Of a stretch of 64,000 nucleotides of DNA, positions 24,136 through 36,240 are shown piece by piece. The translations under genes were made by a program, and so were the position numbers. This DNA comes from Scyliorhinus canicula (lineage: Eukaryota), in the NCBI RefSeq assembly GCF_902713615.1, contig NC_052162.1:93320559-93384558 (forward strand). The letters are read 5' to 3'. Positions within the stretch are counted from its first letter, which is position 1. Every line of letters begins with the position of its first letter. The notes under the pieces are model-generated. The model did not search any database. It had not been told where the DNA came from and saw nothing but the letters and a program-made list of their open reading frames with translations.

Positions 24136-24975
24136 AGAGCGCTCACGTGCACTCGGGTCAGCAATGAGAACTCGGGTCACTCACTGGTGAGAACTTGACA
24201 GCTGATGATCTATAGCAGGCGGAGGCTGCAATATCCTAGCATTCCAGCACTCGGAGGGAAGCCGGAGCCAAGGACTCTGCTGAGCCACGGTCACATGACG
24301 TTCCCCTGGATTCAGTCGTCCCACAGTTGCTGGAACTGCAAAGGCAGAGGTGCAAGCATCAGGAAAGGACGACAGCGTCTCTCCTCAGACTGGAAGGCTG
24401 ACTGGAGGAGGCCCATCATCTTCTTGCCTGAGGAGATGGTGCCGACACTCCAAGGCAATGAGGCCAACACTGCGAGGGTGGCATTCGCAGTGGAGACCTT
24501 GGTGTAGGATGATCACTCCATGGCTCAGCTCATGACCTCCATGGCTCAAGGCTTGAGTTCCATGGTGCAGCTCTTCATTTTCATGGTGCAGGCACTTGTG
24601 GGAATCGGCGAGTGTCTGTGCCAGAGGACGGCGGGGCTTCTGAATCTCACTCCAGCTGCCCCTGTATCCTTGGAGGAGCCCAGGGGCCCTCAGGCAACCG
24701 TAGGGAAGAGGACCTGCAGGGGCGCAGCCCGTGGCTTTTCACCCAAGAGACGCTGGGTGTGTCCAGCCCATCTGTGTCCAGTGACTGACACACCTGCAGC
24801 TCGTATACCGAGGAGGGCAGCACTGCAACATCCGTGCAGCCTGAAAGCAGGACTGGGCCCTCAAGGCCACATCCACCAAGGTCATCTCAGGCAACAGGGC
24901 GTGGAACGCAACATGTCGCCTCATCCTCAGCTGCAGATCGTGGGGGTACACCTAGACATAGCAGGAGGCTGAGAA
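24136..24975 (+). pseudogene. Probable C-terminal part of the Harbinger second (Myb/SANT-like) gene
   Basis: Near-continuous frame EEMVPTLQGNEANTARVAFAVETLV*DDHSMAQLMTSMAQGLSSMVQ (helical, repetitive), convergent with the transposase. The Myb domain itself is not seen. Confidence 0.45.
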
Positions 24976-25821
24976 AGGCAAAGAAAAGATAATAACATAG
25001 TGGGCATGGGTGAACAAAGGCACGAGTAGCAACTAATCACCAGTGTTAGCACCATTAAATGTAATAAGTGTCATGTTGATGACCCATAAAGTGTCCCTTG
25101 CTTTCAATTAATTGCAACACACTCTGCCAACTCTCAAGCAACGCAAGTGCTTCCTCCATTTTCTCTGTGAGCTCAATGATTCGCCAACCCACCATCCATC
25201 CCCACTGTGATTACACAGTCATACTGACATGATACTGGCAATGCCATCACAACCACCCCTGCACCCAAAGCAACACTCCCCACCCACCCAGGCTAATGGA
25301 CAGGCCTTCCGTTTCTAGCAGCATTCATTCATTATGAGAATACAATCGCCTGAAAGCTCGTGAAAATCTGTCCATCTCATCAAGAGGTGGGGATCCAGAA
25401 TGGGACCCTTGACATCTGAGGAGGCAGGAGCAGCTGTGATGTATCATTCAGTCTCTCATCATCTCTAGAACACCCTGTTCAGCGGCAGTTCACCTTCATG
25501 CCTCTTTCAGGCAGATATTTGCAGGAGATATAAGGAGCATTGCTCAGTCTTCACTGATCATTTTCCTGCATCGACCGCTCATGTTGTATTCACGCCCTGC
25601 CCATGAAAGGAGCAATCAACAGAATGACCTCCTACTGGCAAGACACAAGTGAAATGGTCTCACACCCCCACCCGGAGACATAGTCCCGGTCGTCTCCAAA
25701 TCGAGAGGCAATGAGGGCGTCCCCAGTCCTGCGCCTCATTTGGGCCCAGGCCACCGCCTGTGGTCCTTCCGCTCGCTCCTCCGGGGTTGTCCGTCGCCAC
25801 CCTCTTCAACTTCCTCCTCTT

Positions 25822-27150
25822 CTGAACAGTTTCAGAGGAGGTTCACCAGATTAATTCCAGGGATGCAAGGCTTGAAGTATGAGGAGAGATTGAACAGTTT
25901 GGGCTTAGACTCGCTGGAGTTTAGCAGAATAAGAGGGGATCTGATCAAGGTATATAAAATACTAAAAGGGATTGATGAAGTAAACGTAGACCAAGGGTGG
26001 GATTCTCCATTTCAGTGTGGTCGCTGGGACAGAATCAGTGGACTTTTATGACAGCAAAGGTGGCGCCAGTCCCAGGGCAATTCAATGACTGTCAATGGGC
26101 TAGCACCGGCACCGCGTAGAACACGAGTGATTCCAATGAAAAACATTGTCAGATTCGCTGGGGTCGGGATTGGTACTCGAGAGGCTTACAAGCTGCAGCC
26201 ACAAATTAGCACTCCACTCCCCACACACCCCATATTTCCCAGCCAACAAGATGGCACAGGTTGCGCCGGAGAACTCCCATCCCATTGATGGGTCGACTGG
26301 GTACCTAGGGAGGCCCTGGGGAGACACCCATATGATCCGTGGCACTAAGTTCACAGTGGGCAGTAAGCAGCATGCGCAGTCACATGGCTGCCTTGCAGGC
26401 TGCGGCAGTGGTGTTCCATGCCATCCACCCTGACCCCACGGCCCACCTCCTGGTTTCACCCTGCTACTACCCCGGCCCTGGCAGAAGCGCCCCGACCATC
26501 GGCATAACTGTCAGCACACTATGGCGATGTTGGACATTTTTCCGTACCCCGTCTCTCTCCCTCAGCAGCCACAGCGCATGTTCCCTAATTTTGGAAACTA
26601 CAAGTGAACCTCGTCCTTAGTAATTCCTCCTCGCAGAGGCACATCATCACGGAGGCCCCGGAGAATACCGGGTCAGACCAGCTAATGATATGCCAACAGC
26701 GTTTACTGCACATGCAGAGTAGAACGCACTGACGCCGCTGTTGAGGCTCCTGTTGAGCATGGCATTCTGTCGGGTGCCAGGCATGGGCCACGACTTCACC
26801 TCACCTGCCATTCTTTGTCCAATTGTGTTTGCTGATTCCGGCGTTGGCTGACAGAGAATTCCACCCCAAATGTTGCCCCTTGTGGGAACTGAGATAAGAA
26901 GGAACTATTTCTCACAGAGGGTGATTTATTTGTTGAATTCGTGCCCCATAGTGCAGTGGAGTCTGAATCATTCAATGGTTTCAAGAGGGAGATAGATATA
27001 TTTCTGATAATGGGTTAAAGGGATATGGGGAACAGGCAGGGAGGTGGATTTGATACCAGGAAGAGATCAGCCATGATCTGATTGAATGGTGGAGCAGGCT
27101 CGAAGGGCTGAATTGCCAACTTCTGCTCCTGATATCTCTGTACCTATGTA
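25822..27150 (+). mobile_element. CR1 3' fragment inserted in the Harbinger transposase
   Basis: QRRFTRLIPGMQGLKYEERLNSLGL...RIRGDLIKVYKIL; resumes at 26870 and ends in the CR1 3' UTR. Confidence 0.88.
25995..26866. mobile_element. Harbinger-like non-autonomous element inserted in the CR1
   Basis: TIR GGGTGGGATTCTC / GAGAATTCCACCC; TSD CAA; removing it rejoins the CR1 sequence. Confidence 0.88.
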
Positions 27151-27404
27151 CGACCTCATCCAGCCCTTCGACCTTTTGCAGTGCCAGGTTTTACAGAGCA
27201 CAGCACACCACAATGATGCACAGCACCCTCTAGCGGTTGTACTGGAAGACTCCCCTTGACTGGTTCATGCACTGGAACTGCACCTTTAGCAGGCCTATTG
27301 CCAGCTCAAGCAGCACACATGTTGAAGCATGAGCCTCACTGTATCGGGCCTCAGATTGTGTTTGGGGCCAGCTGCCTCTTTGTCCTGAGGAGCCATCCCT
27401 CCAG

Positions 27405-27553
27405 CCATCAACTATTTGTTGATGTATCATTTGTCAATGTACTCTTTCGATTATTCTTTTGTCTACTATGTACGTACTGTGTACGTTCCCTTGGCTGCAG
27501 AAAAATACTTTTCACTGTAATTCGGTACATGCGACAATAAATATCAATCAATC
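27405..27553 (+). mobile_element. Rex1/Babar LINE 3' UTR fragment inserted in the transposase
   Basis: Near-identical to 30075-30210; (ATCA)n tail. Confidence 0.85.
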
Positions 27554-28424
27554 ATTCAGCTGCTGGTTTCCCTTGAATATGGTTGGGATCTGAGAGCATC
27601 TGAAAATGCAGCTGTCATGGACGCTCCCCTGGAAATGGGCAAACACCTGCCTTTTTCGTATGACCTAGTCACAGACGATCTGCATTTTTAGGGAATGGAG
27701 TCCTTTCCAGTTCCTAAAGGGTGCCCCATGCCACCATGGGGAACGCAAAGGCTCCTGTGAGCAGTCTATGAGACCCTCCATTTGGGGCAAGCCAACCAAG
27801 TTGGTGAAGCTCATGGTCCTGGCTCACCTGTGCCTGGTCCAAATTAATGTACATGTGGGTCCTCGCAAATAGTGCATCTGCCTTGTGCACTTAAGTGCGG
27901 CAGACTGGGATATGCCACACAGCTCCCCCATGCAGCCCTGAAATGGGACACTGGAATTAAAGTTCAGCGCGGCTGGAATTTTCAGGGCTACAGGCAATGG
28001 GTACCATCCCAGTCCAGGTGGTGCCAACTGCTGCACCATCCAGCAGAGGTGGTCCACTCGCTCTTGGGACAGTGGCAGTCATCTTCGACACTGGACGCCT
28101 GACATTCTGGAGATATGATGCTCCCCTCTGGTAGACCCATGGCCGGCAGTGTCTCCTCTGAACCACCTCCATATGTGGGCCTGCACTCAGTGCATGAATG
28201 GGCCCTGCCACCCCTTCTTGTGCGGGGCACTCGTCCTATCCACATGCAACCGCATGGTGTCTGGTTGTTGCGAATGGCCCACAATTATCAATAGCACTGC
28301 CATCATCTTCTCAATCCAAAAACTGAAAGGAAGCAAACTGAAATGTGAGCATCCTGGAGACCTGACAATGCTCTGACCCATTGCCCGATCAACACATGCG
28401 ACATCTGCCCGTGCACATTCCGGC

Positions 28425-28733
28425 AGTTAGCACTACCCCTCACAGTACCCAGGAACCAGCTTCAATTCTGACCTTGGGTGACTGCCTGTGTGGAGCTTGC
28501 ACTTTCTCCCAATGTCTGCGTGGGTTTCCTGCAAGTGCTTCAGTTTCCTCCCACAGTCCAAAGATGTGCAGATTAGGTGGATTGGCCATGCTAAATTGAC
28601 CCTTCGTGTCCAAAGATGCGCAGTTTAGGTGGGGTTACGGGGATAGGGTGGGGGACTGGTGGGGTGCTCTTTCAGAGGGTCGGTGCAGTCTCGTTGGGCC
28701 AAATGGCCTCCTTCTGCACTGTCGAGGTTCTAT
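28425..28733 (+). mobile_element. HE1-like V-SINE
   Basis: V-domain and tail GGCCTCCTTCTGCACTGT. Confidence 0.9.
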
Positions 28734-28811
28734 GGGGGTAGGTGTGTCGGTTCTCCCTTATGGAGAGGTGAGTGTAAGCCATGGCGTTCAATGCTTGGGG
28801 GCTCACCGCAC

Positions 28812-29165
28812 AAAGGGTTAAATAGCAGGTGCCAATCAATAGCTACATTAGTGAGCGAGGATCTTCAATCGGAAGATCAAGATGTAGGATCAATTTGGTT
28901 AGAACTAAGAAACATGAAGAGTTGCATTCAGCCACCAAACAGTAGTGATAATGCAGGGCACATTATAAACCAGGAAATTAGAGGTGTATGCAACAACGGG
29001 AATATAGTAATTATTGGGGATTTTAATCTACATATAGACTGGGTCAGCCTAATTATCACTAATGTTGTGGAAGATGAATTCTGGAACGTATGGTTCTCTG
29101 GCCCAATCTATTGAGGAACCAACTGGAAAACAGGCTATTTTATGAGAAAGGGCTGATCAAAAATC
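28812..29165 (+). mobile_element. CR1 APE endonuclease fragment
   Basis: SIWLELRN...IVIIGDFNLHIDW in ORF 28659..29114. Confidence 0.85.
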
Positions 29166-29297
29166 TCAGAAAGTGCTGCAAAAACTCACCAGGTCAGGCA
29201 GCATCTGTGAGAGAGAGACAGAGTTAATTATTTAAGTCCAAATGGCTTCTTTGGTACTGTCCTGAAGAAGAGTCATATTGGACTCAAAACGTCTTTT
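29166..29297. mobile_element. Penelope-type pLTR fragment with decayed hammerhead core
   Basis: AAACTCACCAGGTCAGGCAGCATCTGTG...CCTGAAGAAGAGTCATATTGGACTCAAAAC. Confidence 0.65.
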
Positions 29298-29592
29298 CTG
29301 TCACGCTGGGCTCGCGCAATCAGTTCCAATCCCATTTGGCCCGAGTCGCGTCTCAGGTGAAATTAGATTTTATATCGATAGCTGTGGGTTTGGTTGAGTT
29401 AAATTCTCTACAGTCACCAGGTTTGTAAAATTAAACACAAGCAACCTTTTATTATTTACAGTAATTATAATTAAAGAGGCAAAAATACAACTGGTAATTG
29501 ACTACCTGATGCTGAACACTCCCCCCTCCACTTTCTAACTACCCCCCTCTCTACAGACACTCAGCCAAACAACACAGATGGGAAATGTTGGT

Positions 29593-30210
29593 TGAAACTA
29601 CTTCCTACGGAAGCTAAAGAAATTTGGCATGTCTACATTGACTCTCACAAACTTCTACAGGTGCGCAATAGAGAGCATCCTATCCGGTTGCATTGCAGCC
29701 TGGTATAGCAACTGCTCGGTCCAAGATCGCAAGAAACTGCAGACTGTGGTGAACTCAGTCCAACACATCACACAAGCTTGCCACCCTCACATTGATTCTG
29801 TATACACCTCATGCTGCCTCAGTAAGGCAGACAGCATTATCAGAAACTGCACCCACCCAGGAATTGCCTTCTTCCAGACCCTTCCAACTTGCAGAAGGTG
29901 AAGAAGTCTGAAGAACCGCACATCCAGACATAGGAACAGCTTCTTCCCCACAGCTACAAGACTCCTCAACGACTCCCTCGGACTGACCTGTTCCCTGTAA
30001 GAACACTATTCACGACGCCCTATGCTGCTCTTGCTCACGTATTTGCTTTGTTTGGCCCCTTGATCCGCACTGTAACCAATCACTGTTTGTCGATGTTCTC
30101 TATTGATTATTCTTTTTGTCTACTATGTACGTACTGTGTACATTCCCTCGGCCGCAGAAAAATACTTTTCACTGTACTTCTGAACATGTGACAATAAATC
30201 AAATCAAATT
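29593..30210 (+). mobile_element. Rex1/Babar-clade LINE 3' end
   Basis: LTNFYRCAIESILSGCIAAWYSNC...RNSFFPTATRLLN (DUF1891-type C-terminus); tail TGTGACAATAAATCAAATCAAAT. Confidence 0.88.
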
Positions 30211-30259
30211 AAAGGTAAGGAAAATGTTAATAAAATAAAATAATAAAAGATTTTTAAAA

Positions 30260-30585
30260 GACCTGATCCCGGGGTGTGCCCCAACGGTGGCCTGGCCCGT
30301 GATCGGGGCCAACCGATCGGCGGGCGGGCCAGTGCCTTGGGGGCACTCTTTTTCTTCCGCCTTCGCCATGGTCTTCACTCCGGCGCATGCGCGGACTTAC
30401 GCCGGCCGGTAAAGTCCTTTCGGCCCCAGCAGGCGTGGCGCCAAAGACCGTTCACGCCAGCCGGCGGAGTGGGAACCACTCCGGCGTGGGCCTAGCCCCT
30501 CAATGTGAGGGCTTGGCTCCTAAAGGTGCGGAGACCTCCAACACGCTGGGCCCCCTGCCCCGCCGGGTAGGGGAGAATCCCGGCC
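30260..30585. mobile_element. Harbinger-like MITE, one end only
   Basis: Ends GGAGAATCCCGGCCC; internal similarity to 58150-58345. Confidence 0.75.
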
Positions 30586-30659
30586 CTTAAATCTAAACTA
30601 AGGTAACTATGAAGTAGGGTGGCACGGTGGTGCAGTGGTTAGCACTGACTGTGAAGGTA

Positions 30660-31130
30660 TTTTTTATTTTATTTGTTGATGGGACGTGGGTGTTGCAGAC
30701 TGAGCCAGCATTTATTGCCAATCCCTAATTGCCTTTGAGGAGGAAGTTAAGAGTCAACCACATTACTGTGGATCTGGACCAGGTAAGGTATTAGTGAACC
30801 AGATGGGTTTTTACAACAATCGTTTCACGATCATAAATAGACTTTAAATTCCAGGTTTGTATTGAATTCAAATTTTATGGGGTGGGTTTAGCACAGTGGG
30901 CTAAGACAGCTGGCTTGTAATGCAGAACAAGACCAGAGCACGGGTTCGATTCCCGTTGCAGCCTCTCCGAAAAGGCACCGGAATGTGGCGACTAAGGGCT
31001 TTTCACAGTAACTTCATTGAAGCCGCCTTGTGACAATAAGTGATTATTATTATCCATCTGCGGTGACAAGATTTGAACCTGGGTCCTGGGTTACTAGTTC
31101 AGTAGCGATACCACTATGCCACTGCCTCCC
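30660..31130 (-). mobile_element. Type-A SINE with a short SINE nested at 30879-31053
   Basis: GCCAGCATTTATTGCCAATCCCTAATTGCC tail; head at about 31070-31130. Confidence 0.8.
30879..31053 (+). mobile_element. Short tRNA-headed SINE, (ATT)n tail variant
   Basis: Same body as the 22568 copy; ends TGTGACAATAAGTGATTATTATTAT. Confidence 0.88.
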
Positions 31131-31287
31131 CTGCTTGGGAGAAGGTGGGCTGTGGTGGATTGCAGGGGAAGGTTTACAATGAAACACACTCTGCACCAGG
31201 CACGTGGCCCTCAAATGACAAGGGCGTCAACATGCAGGATAGTGCCGGAATGGCATTTGACTGACTAATCTTTGAAAATGCGATAAA

Positions 31288-31386
31288 GTTGCTCATCCAA
31301 TCACAGGATGATTCCTCCCTCCATTTACTGCTGATAGCTCACTAGTAAAAAAATACGAGAAATCAGTCTGTGATTGGATGAGCAAC
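31288..31386. other. Long hairpin/inverted repeat with opposed CCAAT boxes
   Basis: Perfect 19-bp arms GTTGCTCATCCAATCACAG / CTGTGATTGGATGAGCAAC; imperfect pairing continues inward. Confidence 0.9.
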
Positions 31387-33049
31387 AAAGCGTAGGGGGG
31401 AAGGTAAGATTCCAAGAAAGGAAATTCAAACGATTGGGACAAGTGAGCCTGCCCTGGAGCCCAGCAGGTGTGTGAGAGGCAGCTGGCCCCAGGCACGGGC
31501 CAGGCAGCAGGCCTGATAGAACTACCATTCGGTTTCAACTGCACTTTCCGATTACTGGAAGTCGGTAGAAATCTAAGTTAAAACTTCTCAGGTGCAAATA
31601 AGAATTGTTTATTTGTCTTCTATTGGTTACAATTTGAAAGTAATTTAAAAGGTAATTCGTAGACAATTTGAAGCTTTCAAAGAATCACAGAAATGATCGT
31701 CTTGCTTAGACAAACAGCTCGCAATAACTTTAAAAGTCAAAGTCTGAAAATGAAATACGAATACAGGGAGACAGTGAATATTTCAGATCAAAGTATAGAT
31801 GGTTCATGAAAAAGAGAGAGAGAAAGCAATCCAGCTTCAGCTCCAGCTAAAAATGGCCAAACAAAACTTTACAGCTCTACTGTTTCATATCTGTCTTAAG
31901 CCATCTAACTACACCCCAATATAATCCTAATTGGTTTGGGTTAGACTCAAACACATCTGATTTGACGGCAAGCCGTCCATTGTTAATATGCAACATTAGT
32001 TCTAATTGTTTTGTATCTGCATATTTGTGTATGTTAAAGAAAGCGATATTGTGCTGTTATCAAGGCCAGTTTTAACTGGTCTTTTGCTGACTTAGCTGTT
32101 CTTACATTAGAGCCTTCGTGTCACTTTGTCGTGCCACGCTGTTGCTATAGATCCTGCCCTGTCCTTGGACACTGTCTTGAAAAATATATTCATTAATTCA
32201 GTTAAAGTGTTTGTTTTCATCTCTATGCCTTTGCCTGTATCAGGTTCTTTTGTGTAGTAAAGTGAATTATGCTGTGTTATGCTGTTTTGTAAGCAGTATG
32301 TTTTGAGATGACCTGAGGTTATGAGAGTGTTGAAATCCTTAATTTAAAATGGGTAAAACTGGGACTTAATATTTATCTAAAATAGCTATCTTTTACCTAT
32401 TATGTGTGTTAGGAAATAGTTGACTTCTACAAGGCCCCAACAAGTGAGGGGAGGAAGCAAGCCCCAGGCGAGGGCAAAGCAGTGAGCAGCACCAGGTGGC
32501 CAAGACAATGGACGGACCCTAGGCGATGTCGTAGACAGAGAAACCCAGGGCCCAGGCAAGGCAGTGGGCAGAGGACCCCAAGCCCAGGTGAGGCAGTAGA
32601 TGGAGGACCCAAAATGAGGTGAAAGAGGGGGCGGTGGGAAGAATCTGGAGTGGTGGTGGGAGGAGGGTGTGGGGGGGATTGTGGTGGGAGAGAGTGAGGG
32701 GGTGTAGGGAAACTGTGAGGAGGTTGGGAAGAGAAAGAGTGTGCGAAGGGGTGTGTGGAGAGACAGTGTATGAGGGGAGTGGACAGGGGGAGAGAGAGTG
32801 TTATAGAATCACAGTTTCATAGTTTAAAGATAAATCCTGTTTTTGCAGAGCCTGATAAATAGTGGGATTGACTCAGTCTGATGCTTTATTAGCTGCTTTA
32901 TTCAAGGTCAGATTTTTAGCAATATAAAGCGTCACCAAGAGCACTGCAGTCAAAAATACAGAAAAATGAAGGAAAGGCATGAAGATGAACCAAATCAGAA
33001 AGATAGTTTGGCATTAAGTGACACTGGAACTTCAAGATATTGATGATAT

Positions 33050-33745
33050 TGTCAAAGTAAGGGAGGAGGCCCTCCCCAAAGCTATTGCATATGGCCAAAA
33101 TCTGTTACATTGGATACAATGCAATATTTATTACTATCCAAACCAGAAACTATAGGTGTTATGGTCACTGAGGGTGAAGAGAAATGGGACGACAGAAATG
33201 AGAAATCGGCAGTACAGTGGCACAGTGGTTATCACTGCTGCCTCACGTTGATGAGGTCTCAGGTTCGATCCCGGCTCTGGGTCACTGTCCATGTGGAGTC
33301 TGCACATTCTCCCCGTGCCTGCGTGGGTCTCACCTTCTCAACTCAAAGATGTGCAGGTAGGTGAATTGACCACGCTAAATTGCCCCTTAATTGGAAAAAA
33401 TTGGGTACTCTAAATTTATTAAAAAGGTGAAATGAGAAATTGGTTGATTTTTTTCCGTAACCCACTAACGCAATCTACTGTTATGTTTGCAAATTATTTC
33501 CTGACCCTAGTAAAGGAATACAAACATTGTTGATGGGCACTCTAATTGGAGAAAAATTAAACGAGATATTGCTGACAATAAATCTTCTAAAGCTTATATT
33601 TCACAGCATGTGTAAGTTTGTTTGAAGGTGCAAAGTATTTTGCATTGTCAGAACAGTTTGAAAAGGAGTGTTCTTATTGGAGGAAAGTGCTGAGGTGTGT
33701 TGCCACGGTCAAACTGCTGCCTTCTTTGGGACCACCTCAACGTTG
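33050..33745 (+). pseudogene. hAT (Tip100/ZMYM1-like) transposase remnant
   Basis: RNWLIF...AIYCYVCKLF (TTF-type Zn finger), GHSNWRK and EQFEKECSYWRKVLRCVATVKLL; interrupted by a SINE. Confidence 0.75.
33207..33428 (+). mobile_element. Short V-SINE variant with A-rich tail
   Basis: 12-bp TSD GAAATGAGAAAT (33195-33206 and 33429-33440). Confidence 0.9.
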
Positions 33746-33753
33746 CTGGGCTG

Positions 33754-33980
33754 GCAGCACGGTGGCTCAGTGGGTTAGCACTGCGGCCTCACGGTGCTGA
33801 GATCCCAGGTTCGATTCCGGCTCTGGGTCACTGTCCGTGTGGAGATGGAAAGTTTTCCCCGTGTTTGTGTGGGTTTCGTCCCCACAACCCAAAAACATGC
33901 AGGCTAGGTGGATTGGCCACTCTAAATTGCCCCTTAATTGGAAAAATGATTGGGTACACTAAATTTATTTTAAAAAATCT
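33754..33980 (+). mobile_element. Short V-SINE variant with A-rich tail
   Basis: 11-bp TSD TTGCTGGGCTG (33743-33753 and 33981-33991). Confidence 0.9.
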
Positions 33981-34491
33981 TTGCTGGGCTGATAAAATGG
34001 CTGCAGATGAAACTTCCTCACCTAAAATGGCGGCAGATAGTCACAGATTGGTAGTTTTGCACCAGCAGTCTGCCTCTGACCACCAACTTGCTCCAAGATC
34101 TCCAGAAAATCTCTAGGACAGGGTACGGAATTCTTCCAGACAAAGCCACCTGAAATTAGTCTTGGACTCCCTGGGCTCCACTCACATGAATTCATGTCAA
34201 TATCTGTTTTGATTTCTTCAGAGGAAGTCATTACTATTTATCAAACTGAATAAGAATCTATAAGACGTAGGAAATGGCAGCCAGTGCATCTTAGTGATTG
34301 GAGTATTTGCTCCTGCACAGGCTGATTCTCAATATGTCCTAATTGGGATGAATGACCTTTAAAAAAAATGAGTTGCTGGCAATGTTTTTACTGACTGTTT
34401 AGGTCGTTTATAACATTTAGTTAAAATTATCGAAAAAAGGACTTGACCATTCAAAATGCTTCCATTTGCACAGCCGCATAGTTTTCACTTC

Positions 34492-34720
34492 TGTGGTAAA
34501 CACCACTGGTCATACACTACGTGTATTATGGTACTGCCTCTGTACTACAGTTAATACAGTAAATCCCAGCCTGCTGGCTTCTCCCAGCAGGCGCTGTATA
34601 AAAGTGTATACTCTCCTGCGCTGCCTCCATTCTGGTTCCAGCTGCAGGAGGCTTAACATCTAGCACAAAATAGCCTCAATAGTTTCACCATTTCGTCGCG
34701 TGGTCATTGATGGTACATCA
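34492..34720 (+). mobile_element. Solo LTR (229 bp)
   Basis: TGTGGT...GGTACATCA, 5-bp TSD ACTTC, internal TATAAAA. Confidence 0.88.
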
Positions 34721-35253
34721 ACTTCTATATGGATCATAAAAAGCGCATATAAAATAAACAGTGAGAAAACAAAGTACATTTCCTGAGAACTAGGAGCAGG
34801 AGGAGCCAGTTGAGCCCCTCAAGCCTGCTCTGCCATTACATCTGTTCTTCTCTCGCCCTCAACTCCACTTTCCTGCCTGTTCTCCTGAACCCTTCAACCC
34901 AACTAATTAAAAATCTGTCTACCTCCTCCGTAAATTAACTCCAAATCCCAGCATAAGACCAGAAGACCACAAGACATAGGAGCAGAATTAGGCCACTCGG
35001 CCCATCGAGTCAGCTCTGTCATTCAATCATGGCTGATATTTCTCTCATCTCTATCCTGATGCCTTCTTCCCATAACCCCTGATCCCCTTATTAATCAAGA
35101 ACCTACCTACCTCTAACTTAAAGACACACAGTGATTTGGCCTCCCCAGCCTTCTGCGGCAAAGAGTTCCACAGATTCACCACCGTCTGGCTGAAGAGATT
35201 CCTCCTCTTCTCTGTTTTAAAGGATCACCCCTTTTGTCTGAGATTGTTTCTTG

Positions 35254-35359
35254 AAATGAAATGAAAATGAAAATCGCTTATTGTCACGGGTAGGCTTCAA
35301 ATGAAGTTACTGTGAAAAGCCCCTAGTCGCCACATTCCGGCGCCTGTTCGGGGAGGCTG
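35254..35359 (-). mobile_element. 5'-truncated short SINE, (CATTT)n tail
   Basis: Matches the tail half of the 3278 copy. Confidence 0.88.
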
Positions 35360-36240
35360 TTACAGCCCTCTTGACATGAATGCTAACATTGCATTTGCCT
35401 TCGTAACTGCCGACTGAACCTGCACGTTAACCTGTGGAGAACCGTGAACAAGGACACCCAAGTCCCTTTGAGTTTCTGATTTCCTAAGCATTTCCCCATT
35501 TAGAAAATAGTCTATGCATAAATTATTCTTTCCAAAGTGCATAACCTCACACTTTTCCACATTGTATTTCATTGCCACTTAATTGCCCACTCTCCTAGCT
35601 TGTCCAAATCCTTTGCAGCCCCCTTGCTTCCTCAATAGTACCTGTCCCTCGACAGATCTTTGTGACATCTTAGCAACAGTGCCTTCAGTTGCTTCTTCCA
35701 GATCATTAATGTATATTGTGAAAATTTATGGTCCCAGCGCAGTCTCTGAGGCACACCACTAGTCACCGGCTGCCATCCTGAAAAAGAGCCCCTAAATCCC
35801 CACTCTCTGCCTTCTGCCAGTCAGCCAATACTCTATCCATGCCAGGATCTTACCCTTAACACCATGGGCTCTTAACTTATTTAACAGTCTCCGATGCGGC
35901 ACCTTGTCAAAGGCCTTCTGAAAATCTAAATAAATCACATCCGTTGGTTCTTCTTTCTCTAATTTCCTTGTTACCTACTCAAAGAACGCTAACAGATTTG
36001 TCAGAAATGACCTCCCATTGACAAAGCCGTGCTGACTCAGTCCTATTTTATCATGCACTTCCAATCACTTCGCGATTTCATCTTTAATAACAGACATAAC
36101 AGACTCTAAAATCTTACCAATGACCAAAGTCAGGTTAACCTGTCTATAATTTCCCGTCTTCTGCCTCCCTTCCTTCTTAAACAGTGGTGTTACATCAGCC
36201 ACTTTCCAGTCCTCTAGGACATTCCTGCCTGAAAGAACCA

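Larger units (their letters stand above)
25675..28310 (-). pseudogene. PIF/Harbinger (HARBI1-like) DDE transposase pseudogene, split by two insertions
   Basis: Motifs in the expected order on the - strand: RPWVYQRGASYLQ; LPVALKIPAALNF...GELCGISQSAA; GLPQMEGLIDC; FRNWKGLHSLKMQIVCD; GSVHDSCIF; PQTQSEARYSEAHASTCVLLELAIGLLKVQFQC; IIVVCCAL*NLA; acidic tail and DALIASRF at about 25700. Confidence 0.9.

Noticed and set aside
25675-28310. Host HARBI1 gene
   Set aside because: Multiple stops, frameshifts and TE insertions; it is a dead transposon copy, so no gene symbol is assigned.
29629-29901. ALKBH8-like exon
   Set aside because: This DUF1891-type sequence is the C-terminus of a Rex1/Babar LINE, followed by its 3' UTR and tail.
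29298-32430. A large LTR-like element starting TGTCACG at about 29299
   Set aside because: No matching end or TSD could be identified by eye, so it is left uncalled.
33050-33800. ZMYM1 host gene exon
   Set aside because: Fragmented by stops, frameshifts and SINEs; consistent with hAT transposase debris.
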